From the NCBI GenBank assembly GCA_036490465.1, contig DASXDV010000186.1, positions 17,225 through 81,224 on the forward strand: DNA of 64,000 nucleotides, given 5' to 3'. Both the position numbers and the translations under genes were made by a program. The notes beneath the pieces were generated by a model, which was not told the origin of the DNA, made no database searches, and saw only the letters and a list, made by a program, of their open reading frames with translations. This DNA is from Candidatus Tumulicola sp. (lineage in GTDB: Bacteria > Vulcanimicrobiota > Vulcanimicrobiia > Vulcanimicrobiales > Vulcanimicrobiaceae). Shown here piece after piece: positions 17,843-28,098 of the stretch; within the stretch, counting starts at the first letter, position 1, and each line of letters opens with the position of its first letter.

Positions 17843-19390
17843 ATGCGACGTTTCTTCTCGGTTGCCGTGCTTGGCGTGATGCTGGCCTCGTGCGGCGGCG
17901 GTTCGGGGGCCCCGAACGTTCAGAACGCGCCGGGCGGACTCGTTCCCCCGGTTATTTCCGGCGCAATCGCCGATGGAAAACCGAGCAATCCACTTCCGGA
18001 GCCGCCCGAAGTTCTTCCCGTGCACCACGTCGCAGCGCTCGCGCTGACCGCGCAAATCAATCCCGCCACCTCGTTGCCGGAGTTGGTGTATCAAGGAAAC
18101 AATGCCGGTCTGCCGCCGACGATCCGGGTGAAACCGGGCGACACGATCGTCATGGACGTCGCGGACAATTTGCCGAACTTCCCGCGGGTCGACAGTTCGA
18201 TGCAAGCCGATATGAATATCCATTTTCACGGCCTGACGGTGTCGCCCAATCCGCCGGCGGACAACGTGACCACGATGCTGGCGTCGCCCGGCGGGTCGTT
18301 GCACTACGTCGTCCCGATTCCCAAGGATCAGGAACCCGGTTTGTACTGGTATCACCCGCACGTCTACCAGACGACCGACTACCACGTCGGTCAATCCGGC
18401 ATATCGGGGGCCATCGTCGTCGACGGTTTAGAACACCATCTGCCGGGCTTGGCGAAAATGACGGAGCGGTTGATCGTAATTCGAGCCACCGGACTGCGGC
18501 GCGATACGCGCGCGCGACCGCTCCCCCACAAACCCAACGGCGGATCGTGTAGTCCGGATCCCGGCCTCACGGTTACGACCAACGGTGCGGTGAAGCCGAC
18601 GATCGACATCGCTCCCGGGGAAAAGCAGTTCTTCCGCGTGGTCAATGCGACCGGACACAAGACGCTCAAGCTGGCCGTCGACGGAGGTACGCTGGACCTC
18701 GTGGCGATCGACGGATTCGCGCTGGACACCTATCCGGGAACGGGTCCGACGGAAAAGGTTCCCTATGTGGTCGTGCCGCCTTCGGCGCGCGCGGAGTTCG
18801 TCGTTACCGGTCCCGCGAGCCGCAACGCAAAGTTTCGAACGCTGTGCTACGATTCCGGACCGAACGGCGATCCCGACCCCAACGTGATTCTCGCTGACCT
18901 GACCGCTCCAAAAGGCGACCTGCATCCGCCAGTCGTTCGCAACGAGCGGCTGGGCGTCGGAACGCCGCTGCCTCAGAATGCCTATTCGTCACCGCTACCC
19001 AAGCCGACGCTCACCCGTCAGGTCGTCCTCAGCGAAGACGCCGATGGGATGTACATCAACGGCAAGCATTTCAACAGCAGCGACCCGCCGATGTTCGTCG
19101 CTCGTGCGGGTACCGTCGAGAAGTGGCAGGTCATCAACGTCACCGGTGAAATTCACGATTTTCACATTCACCAGATCCACTTCGTGGTCACGAAGAACGA
19201 CGACGTGCCGCTCGCGCATCCGTACTGGGGTGATGCGGTCGTCGTGCCGCCCGAGAAACACGGCGTTCCGGGATCGCTCACGCTGCTGCTGGATTTCCGC
19301 GATCCGGTCATCAAGGGAATGTTCATGTTCCACTGCCACATCCTCGACCACGAGGACGCAGGCATGATGGCGATGATCAAAGTGATTTAG
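17843..19390 (+). CDS. multicopper oxidase lipoprotein (laccase/CueO-like)
   Basis: ATG 17843 gives MRRFFSVAVLGVMLASCGG (lipobox). Copper-site motifs are HFHGLTV, WYHPHV, HDFHIHQIHF and HCHILDHEDAGMM. The upstream part of ORF 17612..19390 is not needed. Confidence 0.9.
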   Translation: MRRFFSVAVLGVMLASCGGGSGAPNVQNAPGGLVPPVISGAIADGKPSNPLPEPPEVLPVHHVAALALTAQINPATSLPELVYQGNNAGLPPTIRVKPGDTIVMDVADNLPNFPRVDSSMQADMNIHFHGLTVSPNPPADNVTTMLASPGGSLHYVVPIPKDQEPGLYWYHPHVYQTTDYHVGQSGISGAIVVDGLEHHLPGLAKMTERLIVIRATGLRRDTRARPLPHKPNGGSCSPDPGLTVTTNGAVKPTIDIAPGEKQFFRVVNATGHKTLKLAVDGGTLDLVAIDGFALDTYPGTGPTEKVPYVVVPPSARAEFVVTGPASRNAKFRTLCYDSGPNGDPDPNVILADLTAPKGDLHPPVVRNERLGVGTPLPQNAYSSPLPKPTLTRQVVLSEDADGMYINGKHFNSSDPPMFVARAGTVEKWQVINVTGEIHDFHIHQIHFVVTKNDDVPLAHPYWGDAVVVPPEKHGVPGSLTLLLDFRDPVIKGMFMFHCHILDHEDAGMMAMIKVI

Positions 19391-19398
19391 TCGGACGC

Positions 19399-19908
19399 AT
19401 GTCGGGGCGCCGTAAAGCTGCCGTCGTCATCGCGATTTTTCGGCGGCCGCCTCACGGCATCGTCTTCGTCGAGCGGGCCGTGCACCTGCGCGACCATCCC
19501 GGCCAGATCGGCCTGCCGGGCGGGGGCGTTCATCTCGAAGACCGCGATTTAGCGGCGACGGCGCTGCGCGAACTTCACGAAGAGGTCGGCATCGCACCGG
19601 TGCGTGCGACGATCGTCGGCGAACTACCGATGCTGCGGCAGCGCCGAGTCAACAACTTCGACGTGACGCCGTTCGTGGCCGTCGTCGCCGAAGGTGAGTT
19701 GACGATCGACGCCGCCGAGACGGCCGGAGTCTTCTTGGTTCCGCTCGCTGCGGTGTTGGAACATCGAGCCGAGCACATCGTTCTCGATTACGAAGGCCGG
19801 CGCATTTGGGGTCTCACCGCGCGAATTCTCGAGTCGTTCGTGGAGGAATGGACGGCGGGCGACTTACGCGCAAGAGTTACTGCGGAGTTGGCGACGGGCA
19901 GTCTTTGA
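19399..19908 (+). CDS. Nudix hydrolase (CoA pyrophosphatase-like)
   Basis: The Nudix box is GLPGGGVHLEDRDLAATALRELHEEVGI. Its size and context fit NudL-type enzymes. Confidence 0.8.
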   Translation: MSGRRKAAVVIAIFRRPPHGIVFVERAVHLRDHPGQIGLPGGGVHLEDRDLAATALRELHEEVGIAPVRATIVGELPMLRQRRVNNFDVTPFVAVVAEGELTIDAAETAGVFLVPLAAVLEHRAEHIVLDYEGRRIWGLTARILESFVEEWTAGDLRARVTAELATGSL

Positions 19909-20617
19909 GCAGCGTGTAACCGCCGGTCGAGGTGTGCGCGATGACGTACTGCACGAGCGCCGGCTCGTTCGCTCGTTTTTCGGGCGGCGGCGATTGAAAC
20001 GTCGTGGGAAAATCCGGATCGTGGAGATTTTGCTCCGACCACGGATTGGCCGCGTCGTTGGGATAGAACCACGGGTAATCGAGCGAGAGCATTTCGGAGT
20101 GACCGTCGGGGAATCTGACGCTCATCTCGATGTCTACCCAAGCTCCGTGGGTTTGCGGATCGTAACGCGAACCGTGCGGGTCGGAAAACTCGACGAAACC
20201 ACAGGGCGCGCCTCCGTCTCCCGCACCCGAACCGCCTCTCCCAGCCGAGGAGACTCCGGGGCCGGCGCCCGCGCCGGTATCGCCCGCGGGAACCCCGCCA
20301 ACGGGTTTGGTAGCGGCCAACGCGAGCGGTTCGGCACGCTTGGAGCGCACGCGCGTCGAGCCGGAATGCCGCGTTCGAGCGCCACGAGCTGGTGCCGGCG
20401 CGGGGATTCCGGCGGGTGCTCGGGTCCGAGCCGGCTGCGGGGTCGGCGGCGGCGGCGGCGGTCGGACCGTGACGCGCACGATCGCAACGTGTGACACGAC
20501 CTCGCGCTGCGGCGGTTGCTGCCCGGGGGCGGGAACGAGCGCGGCGAGGATTGCGTGCAGCGCGATGGCGATCGCGAGGGCCGCGATCGAGCGCGAGGTC
20601 GTCGAGTTTCTAAACAA
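19877..20617 (-). CDS. membrane-anchored proline-rich protein (TonB-like N-terminus, unknown C-terminal domain)
   Basis: SIAALAIAIALHAILAALV is a TM anchor, followed by a Pro-rich linker (RPPPPPPTPQP). The C-terminal ~110 aa are unassigned. The start is uncertain: TTG 20617 is chosen to avoid head-on overlap with apt, and ATG 20674/20683 are alternatives. Confidence 0.45.
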   Translation of the reverse strand: MFRNSTTSRSIAALAIAIALHAILAALVPAPGQQPPQREVVSHVAIVRVTVRPPPPPPTPQPARTRAPAGIPAPAPARGARTRHSGSTRVRSKRAEPLALAATKPVGGVPAGDTGAGAGPGVSSAGRGGSGAGDGGAPCGFVEFSDPHGSRYDPQTHGAWVDIEMSVRFPDGHSEMLSLDYPWFYPNDAANPWSEQNLHDPDFPTTFQSPPPEKRANEPALVQYVIAHTSTGGYTLLKDCPSPTPQ

Positions 20618-20654
20618 GGGTCGCGTTAGACCGTACCGAGAACCCTCGTCTTTC

Positions 20655-21167
20655 GTGGAGATCGAATCGCTCATTCGAACCATCCCGGATTTTCCGATTC
20701 CCGGGATCCTGTTTCGTGACATTACCCCGTTGCTCAAAGATGCGCAAGGCTTTCGGCGAGCAATCGACCTCTTTGTCGACCGTTTTAAAGACCGAAACAT
20801 CGACTGCGTGGTCGCGGTCGAAGCGCGGGGCTATATTTTCGGCGCTCCCCTCGCCTACGCCATCGGCGCGGGATTCATCCCCATTCGCAAACCGGGAAAG
20901 CTCCCATACGACAAACTCAGCGAGGAGTACGCGCTCGAGTACGGCACCAATACGCTCGAGATTCATCGCGATTCCCTCGTCCGCGGTCAACGGGTCGTCG
21001 TGGTCGACGATTTGCTGGCAACCGGCGGCACGGCGGCGGCCACGCGCCGGCTTCTCGAGCGACTCGGCGCTGCCGTTGAAGCATTCGCGTTCTTGGTCGA
21101 GCTGCGCGCGTTGAACGGACGCGCCGCGCTCGCCGGGACCGACGTCGTGGCGTTCGTTTCGTATTAA
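20655..21167 (+). CDS. apt: adenine phosphoribosyltransferase
   Basis: GTG 20655. IRTIPDFPIPGILFRDITPLL, VVAVEARGYIFGAPLA, IPIRKPGKLP and VVVVDDLLATGGTA (PRPP loop) are canonical Apt blocks. Confidence 0.9.
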   Translation: MEIESLIRTIPDFPIPGILFRDITPLLKDAQGFRRAIDLFVDRFKDRNIDCVVAVEARGYIFGAPLAYAIGAGFIPIRKPGKLPYDKLSEEYALEYGTNTLEIHRDSLVRGQRVVVVDDLLATGGTAAATRRLLERLGAAVEAFAFLVELRALNGRAALAGTDVVAFVSY

Positions 21168-21173
21168 ATCTTC

Positions 21174-21698
21174 ATGAGGACGCGCAAAGACATGTATCGG
21201 CGACTCCATCTTGCGACCGCGGCACTCGCGGTCTTGACCGCTGGGACACTCGGCGGCGTCTTTGCGCTGACGGCTCCGGCCGTCGCCGCCCGCGCGACCC
21301 CCACGCCGGCTCCGACCCCGACGCCGATTGCCGACCCCGCGGTGACTCGAGTCGCCCGCCAGCAGTTCGTCGCGTGGCAGGCCGGGAGCGTCAACAAAGC
21401 ACTCTACGCCCCCGAGGTCGTCCCTAAGCTAACCGACGCAAAAATCGCGGAGGTGTCGAAAATTTTGGCAGCCCTGGGAGCGCTCACTGCCACCGTATAT
21501 ATCGGCCCCTTCTCGGCTCCCGATATCCCATCGGACGCGCACGGCTACATCTATCAAATGCAGTGTTCTAGCGGCAGCGTCTATCTCTGGATCGTGCTGG
21601 ACGCGCGCGCGCGGATCGCCACGATCTTCTTCAAGGACAAGCTCGACGTCGAGACCATCGAGCGGCCCGGTACGCCCCCACCCGCGCCCCCGGCCTGA
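21174..21698 (+). CDS. secreted hypothetical protein
   Basis: 174-aa ORF with a signal-like LATAALAVLTAGTLGGVFALTAPAVAA and a Thr/Pro linker. No family recognised. An alternative start is ATG 21192. Confidence 0.45.
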   Translation: MRTRKDMYRRLHLATAALAVLTAGTLGGVFALTAPAVAARATPTPAPTPTPIADPAVTRVARQQFVAWQAGSVNKALYAPEVVPKLTDAKIAEVSKILAALGALTATVYIGPFSAPDIPSDAHGYIYQMQCSSGSVYLWIVLDARARIATIFFKDKLDVETIERPGTPPPAPPA

Positions 21699-21748
21699 CG
21701 TCGGCGGGCCGGCTTGCACCCGGCGCGGTATAATGGGCCGATAGGGCC

Positions 21749-23914
21749 ATGACCATTCAGGAACTGATCGACCGCGTCCACCTCTACGACCCCGCCGCGG
21801 ACGGGGCGTGGCTGCGCAACGTCTACGAGATGGCCGACGCGGCCCACGAGGGGCAGCGGCGGGCCTCGGGCGAGTCCTATATCGAGCACCCGCTCGCCGT
21901 CGCCGGGGTGCTGGCCGATCTCGAGATGGACCGGCAAACCATCGCCGCAGCGCTTTTGCACGACGTCGTCGAGGACACGTCGATCACCAGCGAGCAGGTT
22001 GCGGCGCAGTTCGGCGACGAGATCGCTCAACTCGTCGACGGCGTAACTAAGCTGACCCGCATCCCATATCAGTCCAAGGAAGACGCGCAGGTCGAGAACC
22101 TTCGCAAGATGTTCATGGCGATGGCTAAGGACATTCGGGTCATCATCATCAAGCTCGCCGACCGGCTGCACAACATGCGCACGCTCGCGAGCTTGCCCCC
22201 CGCGAAGCAGCAGGCGATCGCGCGCGAGACGCTCGACATTTACGCGCCGATCGCGCACCGGCTGGGTATCTGGAAAATCAAGTGGGAAATCGAGGACGAT
22301 TGCCTGCGCTACCTCGACCCGAACGCGTACCGCGAGATCGTCGACTTGGTTGCAAAAACGCGCAACGAGCGCGAGGCGGACGTCCGCGAGGCGATCGAAC
22401 GTTTACGGGCCGACTTCAAGGCGATGAATATCAATGCGGAGATCCACGGACGCCCGAAGCACTTCTACTCGATTTATGCCAAGATCAAGGGCGGCCGCGA
22501 TTTTTCCACGATTTACGATCTGACCGCCATTCGAATCATCGTCGACAGCGTCAAGGATTGCTACGGGGCACTGGGAGCCGTACACGCGCGCTGGACCCCT
22601 CTGCCGGGGCGCTTCAAAGACTATATCGCGATGCCCAAGCCGAACATGTACCAATCGCTGCACACGACCGTCGTTGGGCCGACGGGAGAGCCGCTCGAGA
22701 TCCAGATCCGAACCTGGGACATGCACCGGACCAGCGAGTACGGGATCGCGGCCCACTGGCGATACAAAGAGGGCGGCAAGGTCGACCAGTTCGAGAACAA
22801 ACTTTCCTGGCTGCGGGCGCTGCTCGAGTGGCAGAAGGACATGCGCGATTCGCGCGTCTTCATGGAAAGCCTCAAGATCGACCTCTTCGACTCACAAGCG
22901 TTCGTCTTTTCGCCCCGCGGCGACGTGTTCTCGATGCCGGCGGATGGGACGCCTCTCGATTTCGCCTACGCCGTGCATACCGACGTCGGCAATCACTGCG
23001 TCGGGGCCAAGGTAAACGGCCGGATCGTTCCGCTCGATTCGCAACTCAATAACGGCGACATCTGCGAGATTCTCGTCAACAAGACGAGCGGGCGCCCATC
23101 GCTGGACTGGCTTTCGATCGTCAAAACCTCCAGCGCCAAGCACAAGATCAAACAGTGGTTTCGCAAGGAACGGCGCGAGGAAAACGTTTTGGCGGGACAG
23201 GAAGCGCTGGAACACGAGTTGGCCCGTGCCGGCGTGCGCGTCGATGCCGCCCGCGGCGAACTGCTGGAGCGCATCGCGACGCGTCTCAACTATGCCACCC
23301 CGACGGATCTCTACGCCGCCATTGGATTTGGCGATGCCTCGGCGCAAGCGATTGCCAATCGCCTGCGCGACGAGGCCAAGAGCGGGAACGTCGTCGATAT
23401 CGCGGCGGTCGGACGGAAGACGGCGACGCGCCGCAGCACCCGCAAGTCCAGCGGGGTCCGAATCGCGGGCGTCGACGACGTGCTCGTCCGCCTCTCGAAG
23501 TGCTGTTCGCCCGTCCCCGGCGATCCGATCATCGGATACGTGACGATCGGACGCGGCGTCAGCATCCACCGCGCGGACTGTCCGAACGTGGCCTACATGA
23601 ACGCGACCCCGGAGCGGATCCTGCAGTCGCAGTGGACTACCGGCAACGCGGAGCTGACGCACGCCGTCGAAGTCGAAGTGGAAGCCGAAGACCGCCCGCA
23701 GCTGCTCCAAGACATCATGGCCGTGTTCGCCGAGTTGAAGACCCAAGTGAGTTCGGTGACCGCGCGCGTTCGACGCGACGGATTGGCGGTGGCCAGCTTG
23801 ACGATCCAGATCCGCGACCTCGATCACCTCCACAAGATTCTCATCAAACTCGATTCGCTCGAGAACGTCCGCCGCGTCTATCGCGTCACCAAGCGCGAGC
23901 GCGTCGCACCCTGA
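21749..23914 (+). CDS. relA: bifunctional (p)ppGpp synthetase/hydrolase (RelA/SpoT family)
   Basis: 721 aa. Domains seen are HD (HPLAVAGVLADL...LLHDVVEDT), synthetase (HGRPKHFYSIYAKI, YKSLHTTV-like YQSLHTTVVGP, EIQIRT), TGS and a C-terminal ACT-like domain. Confidence 0.95.
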   Translation: MTIQELIDRVHLYDPAADGAWLRNVYEMADAAHEGQRRASGESYIEHPLAVAGVLADLEMDRQTIAAALLHDVVEDTSITSEQVAAQFGDEIAQLVDGVTKLTRIPYQSKEDAQVENLRKMFMAMAKDIRVIIIKLADRLHNMRTLASLPPAKQQAIARETLDIYAPIAHRLGIWKIKWEIEDDCLRYLDPNAYREIVDLVAKTRNEREADVREAIERLRADFKAMNINAEIHGRPKHFYSIYAKIKGGRDFSTIYDLTAIRIIVDSVKDCYGALGAVHARWTPLPGRFKDYIAMPKPNMYQSLHTTVVGPTGEPLEIQIRTWDMHRTSEYGIAAHWRYKEGGKVDQFENKLSWLRALLEWQKDMRDSRVFMESLKIDLFDSQAFVFSPRGDVFSMPADGTPLDFAYAVHTDVGNHCVGAKVNGRIVPLDSQLNNGDICEILVNKTSGRPSLDWLSIVKTSSAKHKIKQWFRKERREENVLAGQEALEHELARAGVRVDAARGELLERIATRLNYATPTDLYAAIGFGDASAQAIANRLRDEAKSGNVVDIAAVGRKTATRRSTRKSSGVRIAGVDDVLVRLSKCCSPVPGDPIIGYVTIGRGVSIHRADCPNVAYMNATPERILQSQWTTGNAELTHAVEVEVEAEDRPQLLQDIMAVFAELKTQVSSVTARVRRDGLAVASLTIQIRDLDHLHKILIKLDSLENVRRVYRVTKRERVAP

Positions 23915-23927
23915 GCCGGCCCTCCTT

Positions 23928-24674
23928 TTGACCGCCGCGCAGGTCGCGCTTCCCTGTGGCGCGGCGCTGCTGGCGGGCGCGATGAACAGCGTCGCCGGGG
24001 GCGGGAGCCTCCTCACGTTCCCCGCGCTTCTTTTCGCGGGGGTGCCGCCCATTTCGGCCAACGCCACCAACAACGCCGCCATGTGGGTGGGCACGATCGG
24101 CAGCGCGCGCGGCTATCGCGAAGAGGTTGCGGCCCACCGCTCGATGCTGCTCCCGGCGCTCGTCGCGAGCGTCGCCGGTTCGCTGATCGGCGCCGTCGCA
24201 CTGTTATACACGCCGGTGTCGGTTTTCGAGCGGCTGGTCCCCTGGCTTCTGCTCTTCGCGACGTGCGTCTTCGCACTGGGCCCGCGCTTTACGCGCCGAA
24301 CGGAAGCGGTTCCGCGACACGCTCCATGGCAAGTCGTCGTGCAGTTTTTCGTGGCGATCTATGGCGGCTATTTCGGGGCGGGCATGGGCATCGTGATGCT
24401 CGCGGTTCTCGCGTTCTCGAGCCTGCCGAGTTTCAACGCTCAAAACGGCGTCAAGAACGTTCTCGCGGTCGCGATTAACGGGGTCGCGCTGGTGCCGTTC
24501 GCGATCGCCCGAATCGTGGATTGGCGGTTCGCGCTGCCGATGGCGGCGTTGGCCCTGGTCGGCGGCTACTGCGGTGCGCGGTTGTTTCGGCGCGTACCGC
24601 AGGCGATCTCGCGGGCGATCGTCATCGTGATCGGGGCCGCGATGACGGCGATATTTTTCATTCGATGGCACTGA
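23928..24674 (+). CDS. TauE/SafE (TSUP) family anion exporter
   Basis: MNSVAGGGSLLTFPALLFAGVPPISANATNN and the repeated 4-TM halves are typical of DUF81/TSUP permeases. Confidence 0.85.
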   Translation: MTAAQVALPCGAALLAGAMNSVAGGGSLLTFPALLFAGVPPISANATNNAAMWVGTIGSARGYREEVAAHRSMLLPALVASVAGSLIGAVALLYTPVSVFERLVPWLLLFATCVFALGPRFTRRTEAVPRHAPWQVVVQFFVAIYGGYFGAGMGIVMLAVLAFSSLPSFNAQNGVKNVLAVAINGVALVPFAIARIVDWRFALPMAALALVGGYCGARLFRRVPQAISRAIVIVIGAAMTAIFFIRWH

Positions 24675-27600
24675 TCGGCGTTTCGGAGAAGTCCTCTTCA
24701 CCGCGAACGGTCTTGACTTCCGCGCCCTTGTGGAAGCCGCCGAGACGCGGTTCGACGTGCCGAGCGGCCCATAGGTAGAGGGTCGGCACGACGATCAGCG
24801 AGAGGGTCGTGGAAACGGCCAACCCGCCGATCACGACGACGCCGAGCGGCGCCTGCGTCTCGCTCCCCGTTTCGATCCCCAAAGCGATCGGCGTCATGCC
24901 CCCGATCGTGGCCAGTGTGGTCATCAGAATTGGCCGCAGCCGCATCGGGGCGGCGTGCAGCACCGCGTCGCGAGCGCTCATGCCGCGTTCGCGTAGCTGG
25001 TTGCTGAACTCGACGACGAGAATGGCGTTCTTTACGACGATACCGACCAGCATCAACACGCCGATAAAGGCGGTCAGACCAAAGGCCATCGGCACGAACG
25101 GCTGATGCGTGAGCGCGTCGAACGCGCTCCAAATGAGGTTGCGGAAGAAGATTCCGAACACGATGCCGGCCGAGGCCAGCGGCACCGCCACCATGATGAC
25201 GAGCGGATGGAGCACCGATTCGAACTGCGACGCAAGCAGCATATAGATCAGGAGGATCGCGAGCGCGACGATCAAACCCAAGCTCGAAAACGTCTGTCCC
25301 TGCTGCAGCACCTGCGGCCCGAACGCCCAATAGTAGCCGGCCGGCAGAGCGATCGAGTTCATCACTTTGGTGGATTGTGCGACCGCGTCGCCCAGCGGAA
25401 CGTTCAGGCCGGCATTGATGTCGATCTCGCGCTGCTTGTTTTGGCGCGTGATCTGCGAGGGCCCGGTTCCGAACGTGATTTTGGCGAGTTCGGCGAGCGG
25501 CATCGTCTGAAGCGTGAATGCGCCGGTGGGACTCGAGGCCGTGTTGAGCGAGAGGCTTCCGTTCGTGCCGGCCGCCACCGGCAGCGCCGACGAGGTATTG
25601 ACGACCAGTCCGGTCGGAACCGTCGACACCGGCACCATCAGGTTTTGAATGGACTGCAGGCTGCGCCGTTGATCCGGCGGCAACTGCACTTCGATCGGAT
25701 ATTGGGTGCCGTTGATCTGCATGAACGTGGCGGTCTGCCCGGCGGTGGCGATATCGACGACCTGTGCGATCGTTTGCGTGCTCACGCCGAGCTGGGCGGC
25801 TTCGGCCCGATCGACGTTGACGTCGATCTCCGGTTGCGCGTTCGTGATCCCCGGCTGAGGCGGTTGTAGGCCCTGAACTCCGGCCTGTAGCTTCGGAATC
25901 GCGGTGAACTCGGCAAGATTGTAAAGCGTATTGACGTCGGGGCCGAAGATCTGGATTTGCAAGGCGTCCTGGCCGCGGGCGATGATGTTTTGCACGATGT
26001 CGATCGTGCGTCCGAACACCTGAAGCCCCGGAATCGGCCGGCCGAATCGGGCGCGAATTCGAGCGATCTGTTCGGGCGTGAACGAGGTCGAAGCGCGCCC
26101 GCGCCCTCCGGAGGCGGAGCGGGAACCGGTCAGGGCGACCGTCCACTGGGTCACGAACTGCTGCGCCTGCGCGCCGCTGACGTTCGGCTTGAGCGTGACC
26201 GATAGGTTGGCCGTGTTCGTCACCTGCGTCCCGGAAACGGAATTCGTCGAGCCGACGAGTGAGCCCACGTCGGCGACGCGAGCGTCCTTGCGCATGCGAT
26301 TTTCGACGTCGGTAGCCACGCCGTTGGTTACCGACACCGCGGTACCGGTCGGCATTTGCAGCGCAAATCGGGCGAAGTTCGAGTTCGAAGACGGGAAGAG
26401 TTCGGTCTTGACCGCGCCGAGTTTCATCGCTACCAGGGTGGCCGCGAAAACCAAAATCGCCGCCACGAAGACGACCTTAGGGCGATCGACCGCCTGGGCG
26501 AGCCGGCGCGTATACCAGCGGGCGAAGCGCTCGTACTGGGCGTCGAAGGCACCCGAGAACCGTGCGTAGGGGCTGCGATGCGCTCCGTTCTTCGACGAGC
26601 CGTTCGGCTTCGGGTCCAAACGTTTGCGCAAAATGACCGAGGCGAGCATCGGCACCTGCGTCACCGCAACGACCAGCGACAGCGCTACGGCGACCATGAC
26701 CATGACGGCAAACGGGGTGAAGATCAACCCTTGCAGGCCCGGGATCAGCACCAGCGGGACGAACACCGTAATGACCGTAATCGACGAGGCCAGGACGGCC
26801 GAGAAAATCTCGGCGGTGGCCGTCTCGGCAGCCTCCATCGGCGTTTGGCCGCGCGCCATGTGCCGGTAGATGTTTTCGATCACGACGATCGCATCGTCGA
26901 CGATCAGCCCGACCGCGAGCGCCAGTCCTCCCAAGGTCATGATGTTGAGCGAGTAGCCCAAGACGTAGGCCGCAAAAAGCGTGCCGAGGATCGAAACCGG
27001 CAGCGAGATCGCAACGATCAACGTCGACCGCCAGGAGTGCAGGAACAATAGAATGATTAGGATCGCCAGAATCGCGCCGTAGAGGGCGGTGTGTTCCAGC
27101 GCCGTGATCGCTTCCTGGATGAAACCCTGTTGGGCGAAGACGACGCCGAAGTGCATGCCCGGATAGCGTTGCTCGATCGTCTTGATCTTCGCATAGACGC
27201 CGACCGACGTCGCGACGATGTTGGCATTGGGCTGGGCGTTGATCGTTATGCCGACCGCCGGCGTTCCGTTTAGGCGCTGAAAGGTGCGTTGCTCGAGAAT
27301 CGAATCGGTGACTTTGGCCACCTGGTTGAGGCGGATGGGAGCGCCGTTTTTCGTGGTGACGACGAGGTTCCCGGTTTCTTGCGCCGATTGCAGTAGCGCG
27401 CTCGCGCGCACCAGATATTCGCTCTTGCCGACTTGAACGACGCCGGCCGGCAGGTTGATGTTTTCCTCGGCTACGCGCTGCATGATCTGCGGCAGCGAGA
27501 TACCGTTGACGGCCAGCGCCTTCGTATCGGGTTCGATCATGATCGCGCGCAGCTGGTCGTTGCCGACGGTTACGGCGGCCACGCCGTCGATCGAGGAGAA

Positions 27601-28098
27601 CTCGTCGCCGAGCTGGTTGGTGAACAAATCGCCCAGGTCGCGCAGCGTCATGTTCGGATCGGTTACGAAGAGGCGAACGACGGGCAGAGAGTTCGAATCG
27701 AACTTCGTGATGACGGGCTGCTGGAGGTTCGGATCGTTCGGCAGCGTGCCCCAAATTCGCGAGACCTGCTCCTGCACGTCGACGGCCGCGGTGTCGATGT
27801 TCGTGCCGAAGTAGAACTGGGCGGTCACCCGCGTGGTCCCCTCGGAACTGCTGGAGTTGATTTGCTGAATGCCGTTGACGCGGCTGACCGCGTTTTCGAT
27901 CGGACGGGTGATCAGCGTTTCCATTTGCTGGGGTCCGACGTTGGGGTACGTGACCGACACCGTGACGACCGGTTGCGTAAAGTTGGGCAGTAGGGCGATC
28001 GGCAGCCGCGGGAAGGCGAAGACGCCTAAGACGACGATCGCGAGCGCGATCATCGAGACGGCGACCCGGCGGTGGACTGCGAACTTGGCTACGGGCAC
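24658..28098 (-). CDS. RND efflux transporter permease (AcrB/HAE1-like)
   Basis: Uninterrupted 1146-aa ORF with the AcrB-type two-fold repeat. Blocks seen: FAVHRRVAVSMI...LPNFTQP, MTLGGLALAVGLIVDDAIVVIENI, FIGVLMLVGIVVKNAILVVEF. Confidence 0.95.
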   Translation of the reverse strand: MPVAKFAVHRRVAVSMIALAIVVLGVFAFPRLPIALLPNFTQPVVTVSVTYPNVGPQQMETLITRPIENAVSRVNGIQQINSSSSEGTTRVTAQFYFGTNIDTAAVDVQEQVSRIWGTLPNDPNLQQPVITKFDSNSLPVVRLFVTDPNMTLRDLGDLFTNQLGDEFSSIDGVAAVTVGNDQLRAIMIEPDTKALAVNGISLPQIMQRVAEENINLPAGVVQVGKSEYLVRASALLQSAQETGNLVVTTKNGAPIRLNQVAKVTDSILEQRTFQRLNGTPAVGITINAQPNANIVATSVGVYAKIKTIEQRYPGMHFGVVFAQQGFIQEAITALEHTALYGAILAILIILLFLHSWRSTLIVAISLPVSILGTLFAAYVLGYSLNIMTLGGLALAVGLIVDDAIVVIENIYRHMARGQTPMEAAETATAEIFSAVLASSITVITVFVPLVLIPGLQGLIFTPFAVMVMVAVALSLVVAVTQVPMLASVILRKRLDPKPNGSSKNGAHRSPYARFSGAFDAQYERFARWYTRRLAQAVDRPKVVFVAAILVFAATLVAMKLGAVKTELFPSSNSNFARFALQMPTGTAVSVTNGVATDVENRMRKDARVADVGSLVGSTNSVSGTQVTNTANLSVTLKPNVSGAQAQQFVTQWTVALTGSRSASGGRGRASTSFTPEQIARIRARFGRPIPGLQVFGRTIDIVQNIIARGQDALQIQIFGPDVNTLYNLAEFTAIPKLQAGVQGLQPPQPGITNAQPEIDVNVDRAEAAQLGVSTQTIAQVVDIATAGQTATFMQINGTQYPIEVQLPPDQRRSLQSIQNLMVPVSTVPTGLVVNTSSALPVAAGTNGSLSLNTASSPTGAFTLQTMPLAELAKITFGTGPSQITRQNKQREIDINAGLNVPLGDAVAQSTKVMNSIALPAGYYWAFGPQVLQQGQTFSSLGLIVALAILLIYMLLASQFESVLHPLVIMVAVPLASAGIVFGIFFRNLIWSAFDALTHQPFVPMAFGLTAFIGVLMLVGIVVKNAILVVEFSNQLRERGMSARDAVLHAAPMRLRPILMTTLATIGGMTPIALGIETGSETQAPLGVVVIGGLAVSTTLSLIVVPTLYLWAARHVEPRLGGFHKGAEVKTVRGEEDFSETPISAIE

